Positions 35,386 through 44,814 of a DNA stretch of 64,000 nt are shown here, in pieces. The stretch covers positions 38,271 through 102,270 of the forward strand of contig JAWBTQ010000004.1 in the NCBI GenBank assembly GCA_038841535.1, given 5' to 3'. Position numbers and translations under genes: made by a program. The notes under the pieces were generated by a model. The model worked only from the letters and a program-made list of their open reading frames with translations. It was not told the origin of the DNA and did no database searches. This stretch comes from Sulfolobales archaeon (GTDB lineage Archaea; Thermoproteota; Thermoprotei_A; Sulfolobales; NBVN01). Numbering within the stretch: the stretch's first letter is position 1; every line of letters begins with the position of its first letter.

Positions 35386-36075
35386 TCCGAGATTACGTGT
35401 CTTAATTACTTATAAGTAACACTAGCTACCTCAAAGCTAGCTAAGCCTTCGAGTACCACACTCATAGCACGCTCCAGCGACCAATCGATAGTTCAACTAG
35501 TAGCCTAACCCGTTTAGGAACACGAACTACATAAGCTACTATACCGATGACCTAGCTCAAAACAAGCCTTCACCAACTAGTCAGAGCATACCGAGACATC
35601 AACTAACCGAGAAACTACCTAAATAACGCACTGAGTTCGATACTCAAACCTAATGAAGCTTCAGCGAACTCATTTAACTAAGAGCAGTGAGAACTGAATT
35701 AGTCTGAGTGCACGAGTAGATAGAGTAGGATACCGCGAATTAAGCCGAGCAATCAGTTAAGCAGTATGCTGACGACCCTATACAGCAATAACTGAAAGAA
35801 ACGAATACGTTAGAGAAGCAAACAACTTTAGAAAACAGAGCCTCTAGCTAGATACAGCAACAACAGTACTTCTTCAAGCTGATGCGAGTTAATCAGCTAA
35901 CAGGTTTGAGGGCATCACTATCTGAGTTCATGGAGTTAGGGAGAGACCGTGAGCTTGGGTTAACTTTACCAAAGTGTAGTTAAGCTCGGGTTAACTACGC
36001 CATTGGACTCTAGGGACCTAGCAGCGGTCTTGACCACCGCGAGTGGGCTAGGCAACTCCATCAGTTAATTAAACT

Positions 36076-36091
36076 TCCATCAGCTGATGGA
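36076..36091. repeat. 16-bp perfect palindrome TCCATCAGCTGATGGA
   Basis: Read directly from the sequence. An extra upstream half-site CTCCATCAG (36056-36064) can pair with CTGATGGAG (36084-92). Confidence 0.8.
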
Positions 36092-36417
36092 GTACTGCTA
36101 TTCTCAAGGATTTCTAGTGATGACCTGATTCTAGTAGTAAGATAGTATCGCAACTTGGGGTGTAGTTCAGCTACTCAATAAGTCGCTGAGTTAGTCGCCC
36201 GCTCAAATTCGGGAGCGGCGTGGGCGTTCAGGAGTCCGTGGATTGCTTAGTGCTCTAGTTCTATACTCATAGAGTACTAGAGTATTGAGAGCTTCACGCA
36301 GTGATCTCTGCCGTAGTCTAAGCTAAAGCTCTTAGCGCTCTCCACGTCTGTGCTCACCCGGAGAAGTCTCCAGCACCTTCGGCTCTCCTCAATAATCTAG
36401 AGCTTTTTCACTCTACT

Positions 36418-36936
36418 TCACGCTTCTTCGCGAGGTTCCTTTAGCAGGCTCTTCGCAGGGTAGATGACTGGGCCGAAGCAGAGTAAAAAACCGAAGGCTT
36501 CGAGAGACAGGGTGCCTGGGCAATCACTCCTCGCATACTTACTGAGCTCAGCCCTCACTCTGCTGAGTATTTCCCCACCTATAGACCCAGCTCTCGGGAT
36601 CCTAACCCTGCTAAAGCAAGCTTGCTCGACAGTACTACCTACTACGTAGTCTACTACGTAATCTAGTGAAGCGTTGTAGCAACTGATGCAGGACAGTACG
36701 TAGGTTACGTACTCGACTGCCGAGAAGTAGTGCCTGGTGAGGAGGTCCCTCATGAACTCTGGAGACTGAGAGCTCTTGATTACAGCAACTCCCCCGATGT
36801 CCGGGAGAAAGACCTCTACGGAGTTGTCGTAGGGGTAAATAGTGTCACCTAGCTCTAGAGAGGCTCTCTCTTCTTTGGAGTAGCGGCTAGTAGCTACATA
36901 GGTATACTTACGCATAGAACAAGGACAGCACACCAT
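36418..36936 (-). CDS. Hypothetical protein (possibly a THUMP-like RNA-binding fold)
   Basis: 172-aa ORF with good coding appearance. The THUMP suggestion rests only on a loose pattern (VEVFLPDIGGVAVIK...SRVRIPRAGSIGGE). Confidence 0.4.
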   Translation of the reverse strand: MVCCPCSMRKYTYVATSRYSKEERASLELGDTIYPYDNSVEVFLPDIGGVAVIKSSQSPEFMRDLLTRHYFSAVEYVTYVLSCISCYNASLDYVVDYVVGSTVEQACFSRVRIPRAGSIGGEILSRVRAELSKYARSDCPGTLSLEAFGFLLCFGPVIYPAKSLLKEPREEA

Positions 36937-36960
36937 AGCTTTGCGTACATAGGGGAAGGC

Positions 36961-37233
36961 TTAGCTACTAGAGCAGAGCTTCTTTAAGACTACCCTCTCG
37001 TAGTAAGTAGGCTGAATCCACATGATCCACGCCGGCACCTTCTTAACGAACTCGTAGGCTTCCCCCCAGTCCTCAACACCTATATCAGCAGCAAGCCTCT
37101 CTAAGCTATACTCTGAGTGTACATACCTATTCAGTAAAGCCACTACATCCTTAGTTAAAGCGATTTCTTTACCACTACTGAGCCTAATTACGGGAACGCA
37201 GTCCTCCATAGTCCCTCCTCTAGTTTGAAGCAC
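36961..37233 (-). CDS. Hypothetical small protein
   Basis: 90-aa ORF upstream of and co-directional with 36418-36936. The likely start is at the internal MEDCVPV. Confidence 0.45.
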   Translation of the reverse strand: MLQTRGGTMEDCVPVIRLSSGKEIALTKDVVALLNRYVHSEYSLERLAADIGVEDWGEAYEFVKKVPAWIMWIQPTYYERVVLKKLCSSS

Positions 37234-37340
37234 TCGCTCACTTAAATATTTTCATTTCCGTAAGCAATACAGCCCCAGCTCCCGCAGGAGAGATAGAGTC
37301 CCCCAGCGATAACGCTTATAATATCATAAAAAGTAGAAGT

Positions 37341-38369
37341 TTGGTGGATGTTTTGAAGCCAAAGGTCTTCGTAACTAGGGAGCTTTTCGACGACATAATA
37401 GCTAGGATGTCGGAGCTCTACGAAGTAGAGGTTTGGGACAAATACCACCACCCACCGTACGACGTACTCCTGAGTAAAGCAAGAGAAGTAGATGCTTTAG
37501 TAACGCTTTTAACGGATAAAGTAGACTGCAATCTTCTTCAGAGTGCGCCAAAACTAAGGATAGTTGCTCAGTACGCTGTAGGATTCGATAACGTTGACCT
37601 CGAGTGTGCAACAAAGCTGGGAATATACGTAACTAACACACCGGACGTCATAAGCGACACTGTCGCAGAACTTACGTGGGCTCTCATACTAGCAGTAGCT
37701 AAGAGAGTCTTGGAGTCCGACTCATTCGTTAGACGGGGAGAATGGCATAGAACCGGCACTCCGTGGCACCCCAAGATGATGCTGGGTACAGAGCTTAAAG
37801 GCAAGGTGCTAGGGATAGTTGGTCTCGGTAGAATAGGGACACGAGTAGCTAAGATAGGCTCTCTAGGCTTCGGAATGAGGGTGATATACTACGATATCAT
37901 TAGATACAAAGAGAAAGAAGGGATCTTGGGAGTTGAGTATAAGAGTAGCCTAGAAGACCTTCTTAAGGAGGCAGACGTAGTGAGTCTCCACGTACCCCTA
38001 ACTAAAGACACTTACCACATGATGAACGAGGAGAGGCTCAAGCTCATGAAGAAAACAGCTATCTTAGTCAATACTGCTAGAGGTGCTGTAATAGATACTC
38101 AAGCATTAGTTAGAGCACTAAAAGAAGGTTGGATAGCTGGCGCAGGAATCGACGTGTTCGAAGGAGAGCCAATACCCGGAGACCACCCACTAACTCAGTT
38201 CAAAAACGTAGTACTCGTCCCCCACATAGGCAGTGCGACACTTGAAGGAAGATATAGGATGGCCCAAGTAGTTCTCGAAAACCTCACAGCGTTTTACGAA
38301 GGAAGAAAGCCACCTACGCTAGTAAACGAAAGCGTATTAAACGTCCGCCCCCCAGGCTTTAAGAAATAA
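37341..38369 (+). CDS. gyaR: Glyoxylate/hydroxypyruvate reductase (D-isomer-specific 2-hydroxyacid dehydrogenase)
   Basis: Near-collinear with Pyrococcus-type GRHPR as I remember it: KVFVTRE, PKLRIVAQYAVGFDNVD, GIYVTNTPDV, GLGRIG, INTARG..D, PHIGSAT, PPTLVN. Confidence 0.9.
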   Translation: MVDVLKPKVFVTRELFDDIIARMSELYEVEVWDKYHHPPYDVLLSKAREVDALVTLLTDKVDCNLLQSAPKLRIVAQYAVGFDNVDLECATKLGIYVTNTPDVISDTVAELTWALILAVAKRVLESDSFVRRGEWHRTGTPWHPKMMLGTELKGKVLGIVGLGRIGTRVAKIGSLGFGMRVIYYDIIRYKEKEGILGVEYKSSLEDLLKEADVVSLHVPLTKDTYHMMNEERLKLMKKTAILVNTARGAVIDTQALVRALKEGWIAGAGIDVFEGEPIPGDHPLTQFKNVVLVPHIGSATLEGRYRMAQVVLENLTAFYEGRKPPTLVNESVLNVRPPGFKK

Positions 38370-38593
38370 GGTTTTCTTAACATACTTAACTCCCCCACGG
38401 AGTGGTCTAGCTTATAAAACAGAGTTTGAGGTAGTGTACCTAGGCAGCACATCGCAGTCTCAGAATACTCGCGCTAGGACACGCTGTTGCTGCGGCTCTT
38501 GGCGTAAGTTTTGACTTAATCCTTTAACCTAAGTTGAAAAGTGCCGAGGCAATTCAGTATTTCAACCTTTACGTACCCTAATATACTTCAAAA

Positions 38594-38601
38594 GCTTTTA
38601 A
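38594..38601 (+). promoter_or_regulatory. Putative TATA box for tRNA-Glu
   Basis: GCTTTTAA about 30-35 nt upstream of the tRNA 5' end. Confidence 0.4.
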
Positions 38602-38629
38602 GTACTCCTACTCCTTATCTAATAACGGT

Positions 38630-38721
38630 GCCGCGGTAGTATAGCCCGGTCAAGTATGCGGGCCTCTCGTGCTCGTCGGGGTGAGCCCGTGACCCGGGTT
38701 CAAATCCCGGCCGCGGCACCA
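38630..38721 (+). tRNA. tRNA-Glu (anticodon CUC) with a 14-nt intron at the canonical 37/38 position; CCA encoded
   Basis: Acceptor GCCGCGG/CCGCGGC, T-arm CCGGGTTCAAATCCCGG, anticodon stem CGGGC/GCCCG, loop CU-CUC-G[intron 38670-38683 TGCTCGTCGGGGTG]A. Confidence 0.85.
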
Positions 38722-39387
38722 CTAAGGTTGGATAGCGAGACACCTCTCTCTGTACTCTCTTGCTAGATCTAGCTCTACAACGGAGCCTCTAGGAGAAGTC
38801 TCTTTGAAGACTCTTGCCGTAAACTTCTTTATTCTCACCTTCTCGCTCAACCAGCAATCTGGAGACATCCCAGCTTTAACGCAGGTTTCAGATAGAAACG
38901 TCTCCTCGTCCCAGCAGTACTCGATAGGCACCTCTGGAAGGAGAACGCCTTTGTATACCCTATACTCTGCCACGAGTCCATCCCGACCTATGACTACCTC
39001 GCGAGCTCTCTCTCTTCCGGTAGACTCCATGTCTCTGGGTACGGATAGAACGCTAACTTCAAAAACTAACTGATCTAGCTCGTCAGCTGATACAGGCTCA
39101 AACCTCGGGTCCTCTAAGGCGGCAGCGAGAGCAGTAGTTATTACGTTCTTTATTAACGGCTCTACCGGTGAAAGATACCCGATGCACCCCCTTAACCTGT
39201 ACTCACCTTCAGATATCCTTCTAATCGTAGTAAAACTCATTCCTCTAGCCTGCAATACCCCGCCAACATCTGGTGGCTCGATGACTCTTCCCGATTGAAG
39301 GTACTCTTCAACAGCTCTCCTAGCTGTTCTCACGAGAAGTATTCCATCGTCAAGACTTAGTAAGGAAGGATCCGCGTAGGCGAACAT
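38722..39387 (-). CDS. AMMECR1-domain protein
   Basis: LRGCIGY signature and the family's typical length of about 200-220 aa. The stop codon abuts the tRNA 3' end. Confidence 0.85.
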   Translation of the reverse strand: MFAYADPSLLSLDDGILLVRTARRAVEEYLQSGRVIEPPDVGGVLQARGMSFTTIRRISEGEYRLRGCIGYLSPVEPLIKNVITTALAAALEDPRFEPVSADELDQLVFEVSVLSVPRDMESTGRERAREVVIGRDGLVAEYRVYKGVLLPEVPIEYCWDEETFLSETCVKAGMSPDCWLSEKVRIKKFTARVFKETSPRGSVVELDLAREYRERCLAIQP

Positions 39388-39720
39388 CTGCCCACAGATA
39401 ACTTCGGATCGTTCACATAAATCCTTTTATATGTGGAGACTATTTACCCTAATACACAACGACCTCGAAACAGCGGTTTCTGCCCTGCGACCTCCGCTGC
39501 CACACCTTAACACTACGTCGTGGAACAAGTCCCGGAGTGTTCTCAGAAAATCCGAGCATTGAGAGTTAACGAGGTTTTGCACGCCACTCTACGTAAAGCT
39601 GTTGGGTAGAGGTCGCTACACGAGAGCATGCCACAGATTCCCACTACGTAATGTAGCTCGGTTGGTTAAGGGTTATAGCTTATCAACTCTAGCGATGCCA
39701 GGTTTGTTGCGGTGTAGGCG

Positions 39721-40032
39721 TTGAGAACTATTACTCTAGTTGTTCGAGTACCGGCTACAGAAAGCAGGAGCTATATAGCTAAAGTCAGGCAGGTCACCAA
39801 CAGCCTCGAGGAGCTCGACTTTAGAGTTCACTTACTAGTAGAGGGTGGTAGGAATCCAGAGCTGATAGTTCAAGGAGAGGTCATAGACCTCAGGAAAACA
39901 GGTGTCCGAGACATAGTTAGACGCATCTTAAGTTACGCAAGTGCTGAAGTATCGGACCCGGACATGCTGGAGAAGCTCGGTGGTGCCGGACTAAATGAGT
40001 CTGGAGAGCTTATAGACTCTGACACGCTATAG
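39721..40032 (+). CDS. Hypothetical protein
   Basis: 103-aa ORF with a TTG start; no recognisable motif; weak support. Confidence 0.3.
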   Translation: MRTITLVVRVPATESRSYIAKVRQVTNSLEELDFRVHLLVEGGRNPELIVQGEVIDLRKTGVRDIVRRILSYASAEVSDPDMLEKLGGAGLNESGELIDSDTL

Positions 40033-40058
40033 GTAGGAGCAAACATTACGATTCCTAA

Positions 40059-40442
40059 CTACTGCTGTTCGTTGTTACTGTTGTTGATACTACTAGAACT
40101 CCTCTTACTGACCACTGTCCTGTTTATCCAACCACACATTAAGCACTTTTTGACTATTGTTAGGTGAGATCTAGCCCCTCTGATTCTCACCCTAGCTGTT
40201 ACCCCGGGAACTAGGGGAACACAGCATTTCTTGCATACCCACCTCCTGTATGAGGTGGGCTTTCTCGCTCTAGCTTTAAGTAATATCTTCAGTCCCCTCA
40301 TGATGTATTTGCGAGCTCTATCAAACCTACTCTCTCTAACGCTACGAATGGCTAGCGAATAAAGAATTAAGCTCCTCTGCCTAGCGATGTCCCTAACTAA
40401 GCTCTTTTTATGAGCCAAAGGCTCTGTCCCCTGCGTCACCAA
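40059..40442 (-). CDS. rnp4: RNase P protein component 4 (Rpp21/Rpr2 family)
   Basis: Helical N-terminal part (ARQRSLILYSLAIRSV..ARKYI) and a zinc ribbon CKKCCVPLVPG...CLMCG. Confidence 0.8.
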   Translation of the reverse strand: MVTQGTEPLAHKKSLVRDIARQRSLILYSLAIRSVRESRFDRARKYIMRGLKILLKARARKPTSYRRWVCKKCCVPLVPGVTARVRIRGARSHLTIVKKCLMCGWINRTVVSKRSSSSINNSNNEQQ

Positions 40443-41208
40443 GCCCCGGAACTATATACCCCCTATCGTTTATTTCTGGGTCTATAGCAACAGAGTATAC
40501 CATTAAATTTATTCCGAGTTCATCACTTGTTTTACTCAATCTAGCAAGCGCTATAGGCGTTACAATAACTGAGGCGAGAAGATACTTCTTGGCCCTACCA
40601 TGTGTCATGATCTCTCGAAGTGCTCTATCTACCGTAGAGCCAGTAGCTACCATTACGTCACTCAGTATCACTATGCTTTCTGGGGCTATAGTAGGTATCT
40701 TCACATAAGCTACATCAATCTCGAATTCGTAGTTCTTCATACCTCTTTCTTCAACTCTCCTCGCTACGATAACCCCCTGTTTTGCGTTAAAGAAGATCTT
40801 AACTAAGCCCTCCGTAAGAGGCCACGCAGCTCTTAGCACTGTGATTATGACAACTTGGTCTAAGTCTTTTACTCTTATACCGCGAGCCTTTATACCTAGA
40901 GGGGTCTCGACTTCACACTCCTCAATTTCGAGCTCCTTCACCATCTCCAGTCCAAGAACTCTGCCAAGCCTTACCAACCCTTTTCTGAAATCTATTTGCG
41001 ACGTCTTTCTGTCCCTCAGAACTGTGAGTATGGCTTGAGCATACGGATGATCTACCACCTTCACTTTAAGCAAGCCTCCTAACACCTCAAGTTGGGATAG
41101 GTAGATAGTGTTAATAAGTTCAGGCAGTTGAGTAAAGACTTTGACTCTCAAAACTGGAGCTTCGGGGTTGTGCTTACAGCACGTAGTAACTCTTGATAGT
41201 GGGCTCAA
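40408..41208 (-). CDS. upp: Uracil phosphoribosyltransferase
   Basis: PRPP-binding loop ILSDVMVATGST and C-terminal YIVPGLGDAGDRAFG. The true start is probably GTG at 41064 (218 aa), preceded by GGAGG. The ORF-track N-terminal 48 aa look non-homologous. Confidence 0.9.
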   Translation of the reverse strand: MSPLSRVTTCCKHNPEAPVLRVKVFTQLPELINTIYLSQLEVLGGLLKVKVVDHPYAQAILTVLRDRKTSQIDFRKGLVRLGRVLGLEMVKELEIEECEVETPLGIKARGIRVKDLDQVVIITVLRAAWPLTEGLVKIFFNAKQGVIVARRVEERGMKNYEFEIDVAYVKIPTIAPESIVILSDVMVATGSTVDRALREIMTHGRAKKYLLASVIVTPIALARLSKTSDELGINLMVYSVAIDPEINDRGYIVPGLGDAGDRAFGS

Positions 41209-41217
41209 TCCCTGTGG

Positions 41218-41742
41218 CTAGCGCAGACCAACTATCTCAACTGGGACTTCAACGAACTCCCCGTTGGTTTTATCCCTGTGGACGTAAAAAGCTCGATAAA
41301 TAGGACGACCTTCGTCGTCAAGCCACAAATTAATGTTAAACCCCCCACTACCGCCTGGGAAATCCACACCCATCCAATATGCGTAATGCAGACTCATCGA
41401 TAGATCTGGTTTTACCAGCAGGGTCCCAGAGTACCTGTCAGGGCCCTTCTTGGGATAGTATTCTCTATACCTGTCCCTAGGGTAGTTCCATCTGAAAATC
41501 ATGCCCGAAGGAGAGCTCTCCTTAATTATCCGTACTGGAACTTCTTTAGCTCTCACTACTAGGAGAGGATCACCCCGCTTAGAGTAAAGAAAGAACGCCC
41601 TTATTTTCTCGCCCCTCTCCTTAGCTTCCCTAGCAACACTGATTACCTCGTTCCACACCTCTCGGCTAATCCTAATTCGTAGACCTATCAAATTGCGTCT
41701 CCATATGAAGGGTACTCTAATACAGCACATAAACACGACCAC
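41218..41742 (-). CDS. Hypothetical protein
   Basis: 174-aa ORF co-directional with and 10 nt upstream of upp; no recognised motif. Confidence 0.5.
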   Translation of the reverse strand: MVVFMCCIRVPFIWRRNLIGLRIRISREVWNEVISVAREAKERGEKIRAFFLYSKRGDPLLVVRAKEVPVRIIKESSPSGMIFRWNYPRDRYREYYPKKGPDRYSGTLLVKPDLSMSLHYAYWMGVDFPGGSGGFNINLWLDDEGRPIYRAFYVHRDKTNGEFVEVPVEIVGLR

Positions 41743-42086
41743 CCTTCCACACCTTGACGTAGTAACTCCCTAACGCTATCTTTCTCTAGAACTATGTCGC
41801 ACTCATTCGTAAATCTTCCTATCATCATAATTCTACGGCATCCCTAGTCTGGAAGTTTTCAGTGACTTACAAGCATTCTATACCCCTAGTAACCAGATTG
41901 CTTTTGGGGATGTGGACGTTCTTTGCCTTAACCGGCAACAAACTCAGTATTGCACTATTTGGAACCCGACGTAGTAGACTCGCTACTGAGTCAAAGAACT
42001 GCTTCTGCTGTGTAGGTGACTAAGAGAAGAGCATCTTAGGCTTTAAAATAGCGCGCGCACAACATAGCATGAGGTGTTAGGTTAAG

Positions 42087-43223
42087 TTGACCAGGTTCCT
42101 GCTCATGATTCCGGGCCCTTCTATAACTGACCCAGAAACAATGCTTGACATGGCTAAGCCCACTTTTAGTCATGTCTCAGCAGAGTTTGACACAATACAT
42201 AGGGAGTCTGTCGAGACCCTAAAGAAGGTATTTGGAACGGAGGGAAGTGTTGTAGTTATCCCCGGGAGTGGTACGGCCGCAATAGAGCTCGCTGTAAGGA
42301 CCTCGCTGAGAGCGGGTGAGAGGGCAGTAGTCCTCAAGGCGGGCTTCTTTGCCGACTACCTTGCTGATGCTGCTAAGAGGGTCGGAGCAGATGTTACGGT
42401 AGTGCAGTCGCCTACGGGCAGGGGGTTCAGCGAGGATGAAGTCGAGAGAGTATTGAGGGAGGGTGGTTACAGCGCAGTGCTACTCCAGCACGTAGAAACC
42501 TCAGTGGCTGTAGCTAACCCGGTTGAGAGGATAGCTAAAAAGGCCAAGGAGTACGGGGCCAGGGTCATAGTAGATGGCATAGCGTCTATAGGTGGAATGG
42601 ATATGAAGCTGGACGAGTGGGGCGTCGATGTATGCTTGACGGGTTCCCAGAAAGCTCTGGCGGTACCTCCAGGGCTAGCTATAGTTGCGTATAGAAAAGG
42701 CTTCACCCCTCTAATTGAGAATGAGACAACGTATTTCAATATAACTAGGCTACTGAAGGAAATGGAGTCTACTAGGAACTACTATATTACGCCGGCTGTA
42801 AACCTAGTTTACGCTCTCCACTCTTCCCTGAAGAGGATAATCGCGGAGGGGCTTGAGGTAAGGTATAGGAGGCATGAGGCACTAGCTAGGGCCGTGCAGA
42901 AGGGGCTTGAGGCTTTGGGTCTCAAGCTTGTCGCAGAGGAGGGCTTTAGGGCGAACACGGTCACGGCTGCCTACATCCCGGAGGGTGTAGAGTGGGCAAA
43001 ACTCTATGCGGAGATGCGCGCAAGGGGTGTAGAGATAGCAGGAGGCCTCGGGGAACTACGGGGTAGGATATTCAGGATAGGACACATGGGTGAGGCTACA
43101 GCGAACGATGTAATCGCTACTTTAGCAGCACTCGAAAGGTCTCTAGTGAAACTAGGGTATAGAATAGAGCTGGGAGCATCGGTAAGAGCTGCTCAAGAAG
43201 TACTCCACTCCTACGGTGTGTAG
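42087..43223 (+). CDS. Class V aminotransferase (serine-pyruvate / alanine-glyoxylate aminotransferase type)
   Basis: PGP...GSGT...D.I.S....TGSQKALAVPPGLA (PLP-Lys context); 378 aa. Confidence 0.9.
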   Translation: MTRFLLMIPGPSITDPETMLDMAKPTFSHVSAEFDTIHRESVETLKKVFGTEGSVVVIPGSGTAAIELAVRTSLRAGERAVVLKAGFFADYLADAAKRVGADVTVVQSPTGRGFSEDEVERVLREGGYSAVLLQHVETSVAVANPVERIAKKAKEYGARVIVDGIASIGGMDMKLDEWGVDVCLTGSQKALAVPPGLAIVAYRKGFTPLIENETTYFNITRLLKEMESTRNYYITPAVNLVYALHSSLKRIIAEGLEVRYRRHEALARAVQKGLEALGLKLVAEEGFRANTVTAAYIPEGVEWAKLYAEMRARGVEIAGGLGELRGRIFRIGHMGEATANDVIATLAALERSLVKLGYRIELGASVRAAQEVLHSYGV

Positions 43224-43227
43224 TGTA

Positions 43228-44814
43228 ATGTACGACTTAGTCATCAAGAAGGGCATAATAGTAGACGGTAGCGGCTCACCACCTTTTAGGGCCGATATAG
43301 GTATCTCGGGCGACAGGATCGAGTCTATAGGCGACCTCAGTGGGGAGAAAGCTAATTTAGTTGTAGACTCTTCTGGAATGGTGGTCTCACCCGGGTTTAT
43401 TGACATTCATAACCACAGCGACATAACGATCTTCGAAGTACCAACAGCAGATAACTACATACTCCAGGGAGTCACTACAATTGTGGTAGGAAATTGTGGT
43501 TCTTCACCAGCTCCCTTAACTGATGTGAACTTTGAGGAGGAAGTAAAGTGGATCAAAAAGGAGCACCCGGATGTAGAGGTTAGGTGGAGAAGTTTTAGCG
43601 AGTACGTCAAGGCCCTCGAAGAGCTTAAGCCGTCGGTCAACATAGCTCCGCTAGTTGGGCACGGAACGATCAGGTCCGCAGTACTAGGGTTCGGTCCAGA
43701 AAAGCCTTCAGAAAGAGACATCGAGTTAATGAAGGAGCTAGCTAGAGAAGCTATGGAGGCAGGAGCCTTTGGTGTGAGTACGGGGCTCATATATATTCCA
43801 GGAACTTTTGCTACAACAGAGGAGATAGTCGAGATAGCTAAGGTAACTGCTTTGTACAGTGGTATATACTCGACGCACATGAGGAACGAGGGCGTTAGGT
43901 TACTTGACTCCATCTATGAGACTATAACCATAGGTCTTAAAGCCGGAATAGGTGTCGAGATCTCTCACCTAAAGGCCGGCGGTAAACCTAGCTGGGGGAA
44001 GGTAGTAGCAGCCTTAAAGGTGATCGAAGATTACGCATCTAGAGGGTACGACATATCGGCAGATGCTTATCCTTATCCTGCTGCATCTACATCTCTTTCA
44101 ACACTGTTGCCGAGAGACATAAGGGGGGCTAGTTCGGAGGAAATACTGAAGAAGCTGAAGGATCCCAGAGTAGTGAGAGAGATTAGGGAAAAACTAGGGG
44201 AAGCGGTTTTTGAGGAGAGATACATTTCTTGGTCTGACATAATGATATCCTATTCTCCGAGACATAAAGAATTTGAAGGTATGAGACTAGATAAGATAGC
44301 GGAGTCCCTGGGTATAGACCCTATCGAGGCAGTTGTAAAGATACTCTTAGACGACGAACTTGCTACAGGGATGGTAACATTTACCATGAGAGAGGATGAC
44401 GTCAGAACCGTGATATCCCACCCACTAGTTGCTATCGGGAGTGACGGTTCAGTCGGTAAGTTTGGAGTCGGAAAACCTCATCCAAGAAGATATGGGACTT
44501 TTCCGAGAGTTATAGCTAAGTATGTTCGAGAAGAAAAGGTGTTAACACTACAAGAAGCTATAAGAAAGATGACATCGTTGCCAGCAAGAAAGCTAAGACT
44601 CTGGGATCGAGGGCTGATAAGACCTGGTTTTAAGGCAGACTTAGTGGTATTTAACTACTACAGCATTGAGGATACAGCTACGTACGAAAATCCACACTCT
44701 TACCCAAGGGGGATAAGATACGTGATCGTTAACGGCAAGATCGCTGTTGAAGGCGGTAAGTTGGTTCCGGCAGTCAGAGCTGGAAAAGTGCTTAAGAGAG
44801 GAGCATTAAGCTAG
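43228..44814 (+). CDS. N-acyl-D-amino-acid deacylase (D-aminoacylase) family amidohydrolase
   Basis: MYDLVIKKGIIVDGSG...PGFIDIHNHSD; 528 aa counted from ATG 43228. The ORF track starts at GTG 43216, overlapping the upstream stop. Confidence 0.85.
   Translation: MYDLVIKKGIIVDGSGSPPFRADIGISGDRIESIGDLSGEKANLVVDSSGMVVSPGFIDIHNHSDITIFEVPTADNYILQGVTTIVVGNCGSSPAPLTDVNFEEEVKWIKKEHPDVEVRWRSFSEYVKALEELKPSVNIAPLVGHGTIRSAVLGFGPEKPSERDIELMKELAREAMEAGAFGVSTGLIYIPGTFATTEEIVEIAKVTALYSGIYSTHMRNEGVRLLDSIYETITIGLKAGIGVEISHLKAGGKPSWGKVVAALKVIEDYASRGYDISADAYPYPAASTSLSTLLPRDIRGASSEEILKKLKDPRVVREIREKLGEAVFEERYISWSDIMISYSPRHKEFEGMRLDKIAESLGIDPIEAVVKILLDDELATGMVTFTMREDDVRTVISHPLVAIGSDGSVGKFGVGKPHPRRYGTFPRVIAKYVREEKVLTLQEAIRKMTSLPARKLRLWDRGLIRPGFKADLVVFNYYSIEDTATYENPHSYPRGIRYVIVNGKIAVEGGKLVPAVRAGKVLKRGALS

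Noticed and set aside
36116-36189. GTGATGA ... CTGA pair suggestive of a C/D sRNA inside the ORF-free region.
   Set aside because: The box separation is about 70 nt, with no plausible internal D'/C' pair.
35386-36417. Replication origin in the ORF-free region.
   Set aside because: I could not find any origin-recognition-box-like repeats of the Sulfolobus/Aeropyrum type. There is no adjacent orc1/cdc6 or whiP gene and no clear AT-rich unwinding element.
37242-37451. 69-aa minus-strand ORF overlapping the start of gyaR.
   Set aside because: It overlaps a confidently called gene and its promoter region, and it has no motifs.
43455-43913. 152-aa ORF antisense to the D-aminoacylase gene. There are similar antisense ORFs in moaB (45418-45786), hydB (33570-33938, 33201-33461) and the hydrogenase subunits (31129-31431, 31656-31958, 29316-29522).
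   Set aside because: All are embedded in strongly supported genes on the opposite strand. They are Ser/Thr/Pro-rich with no motifs.
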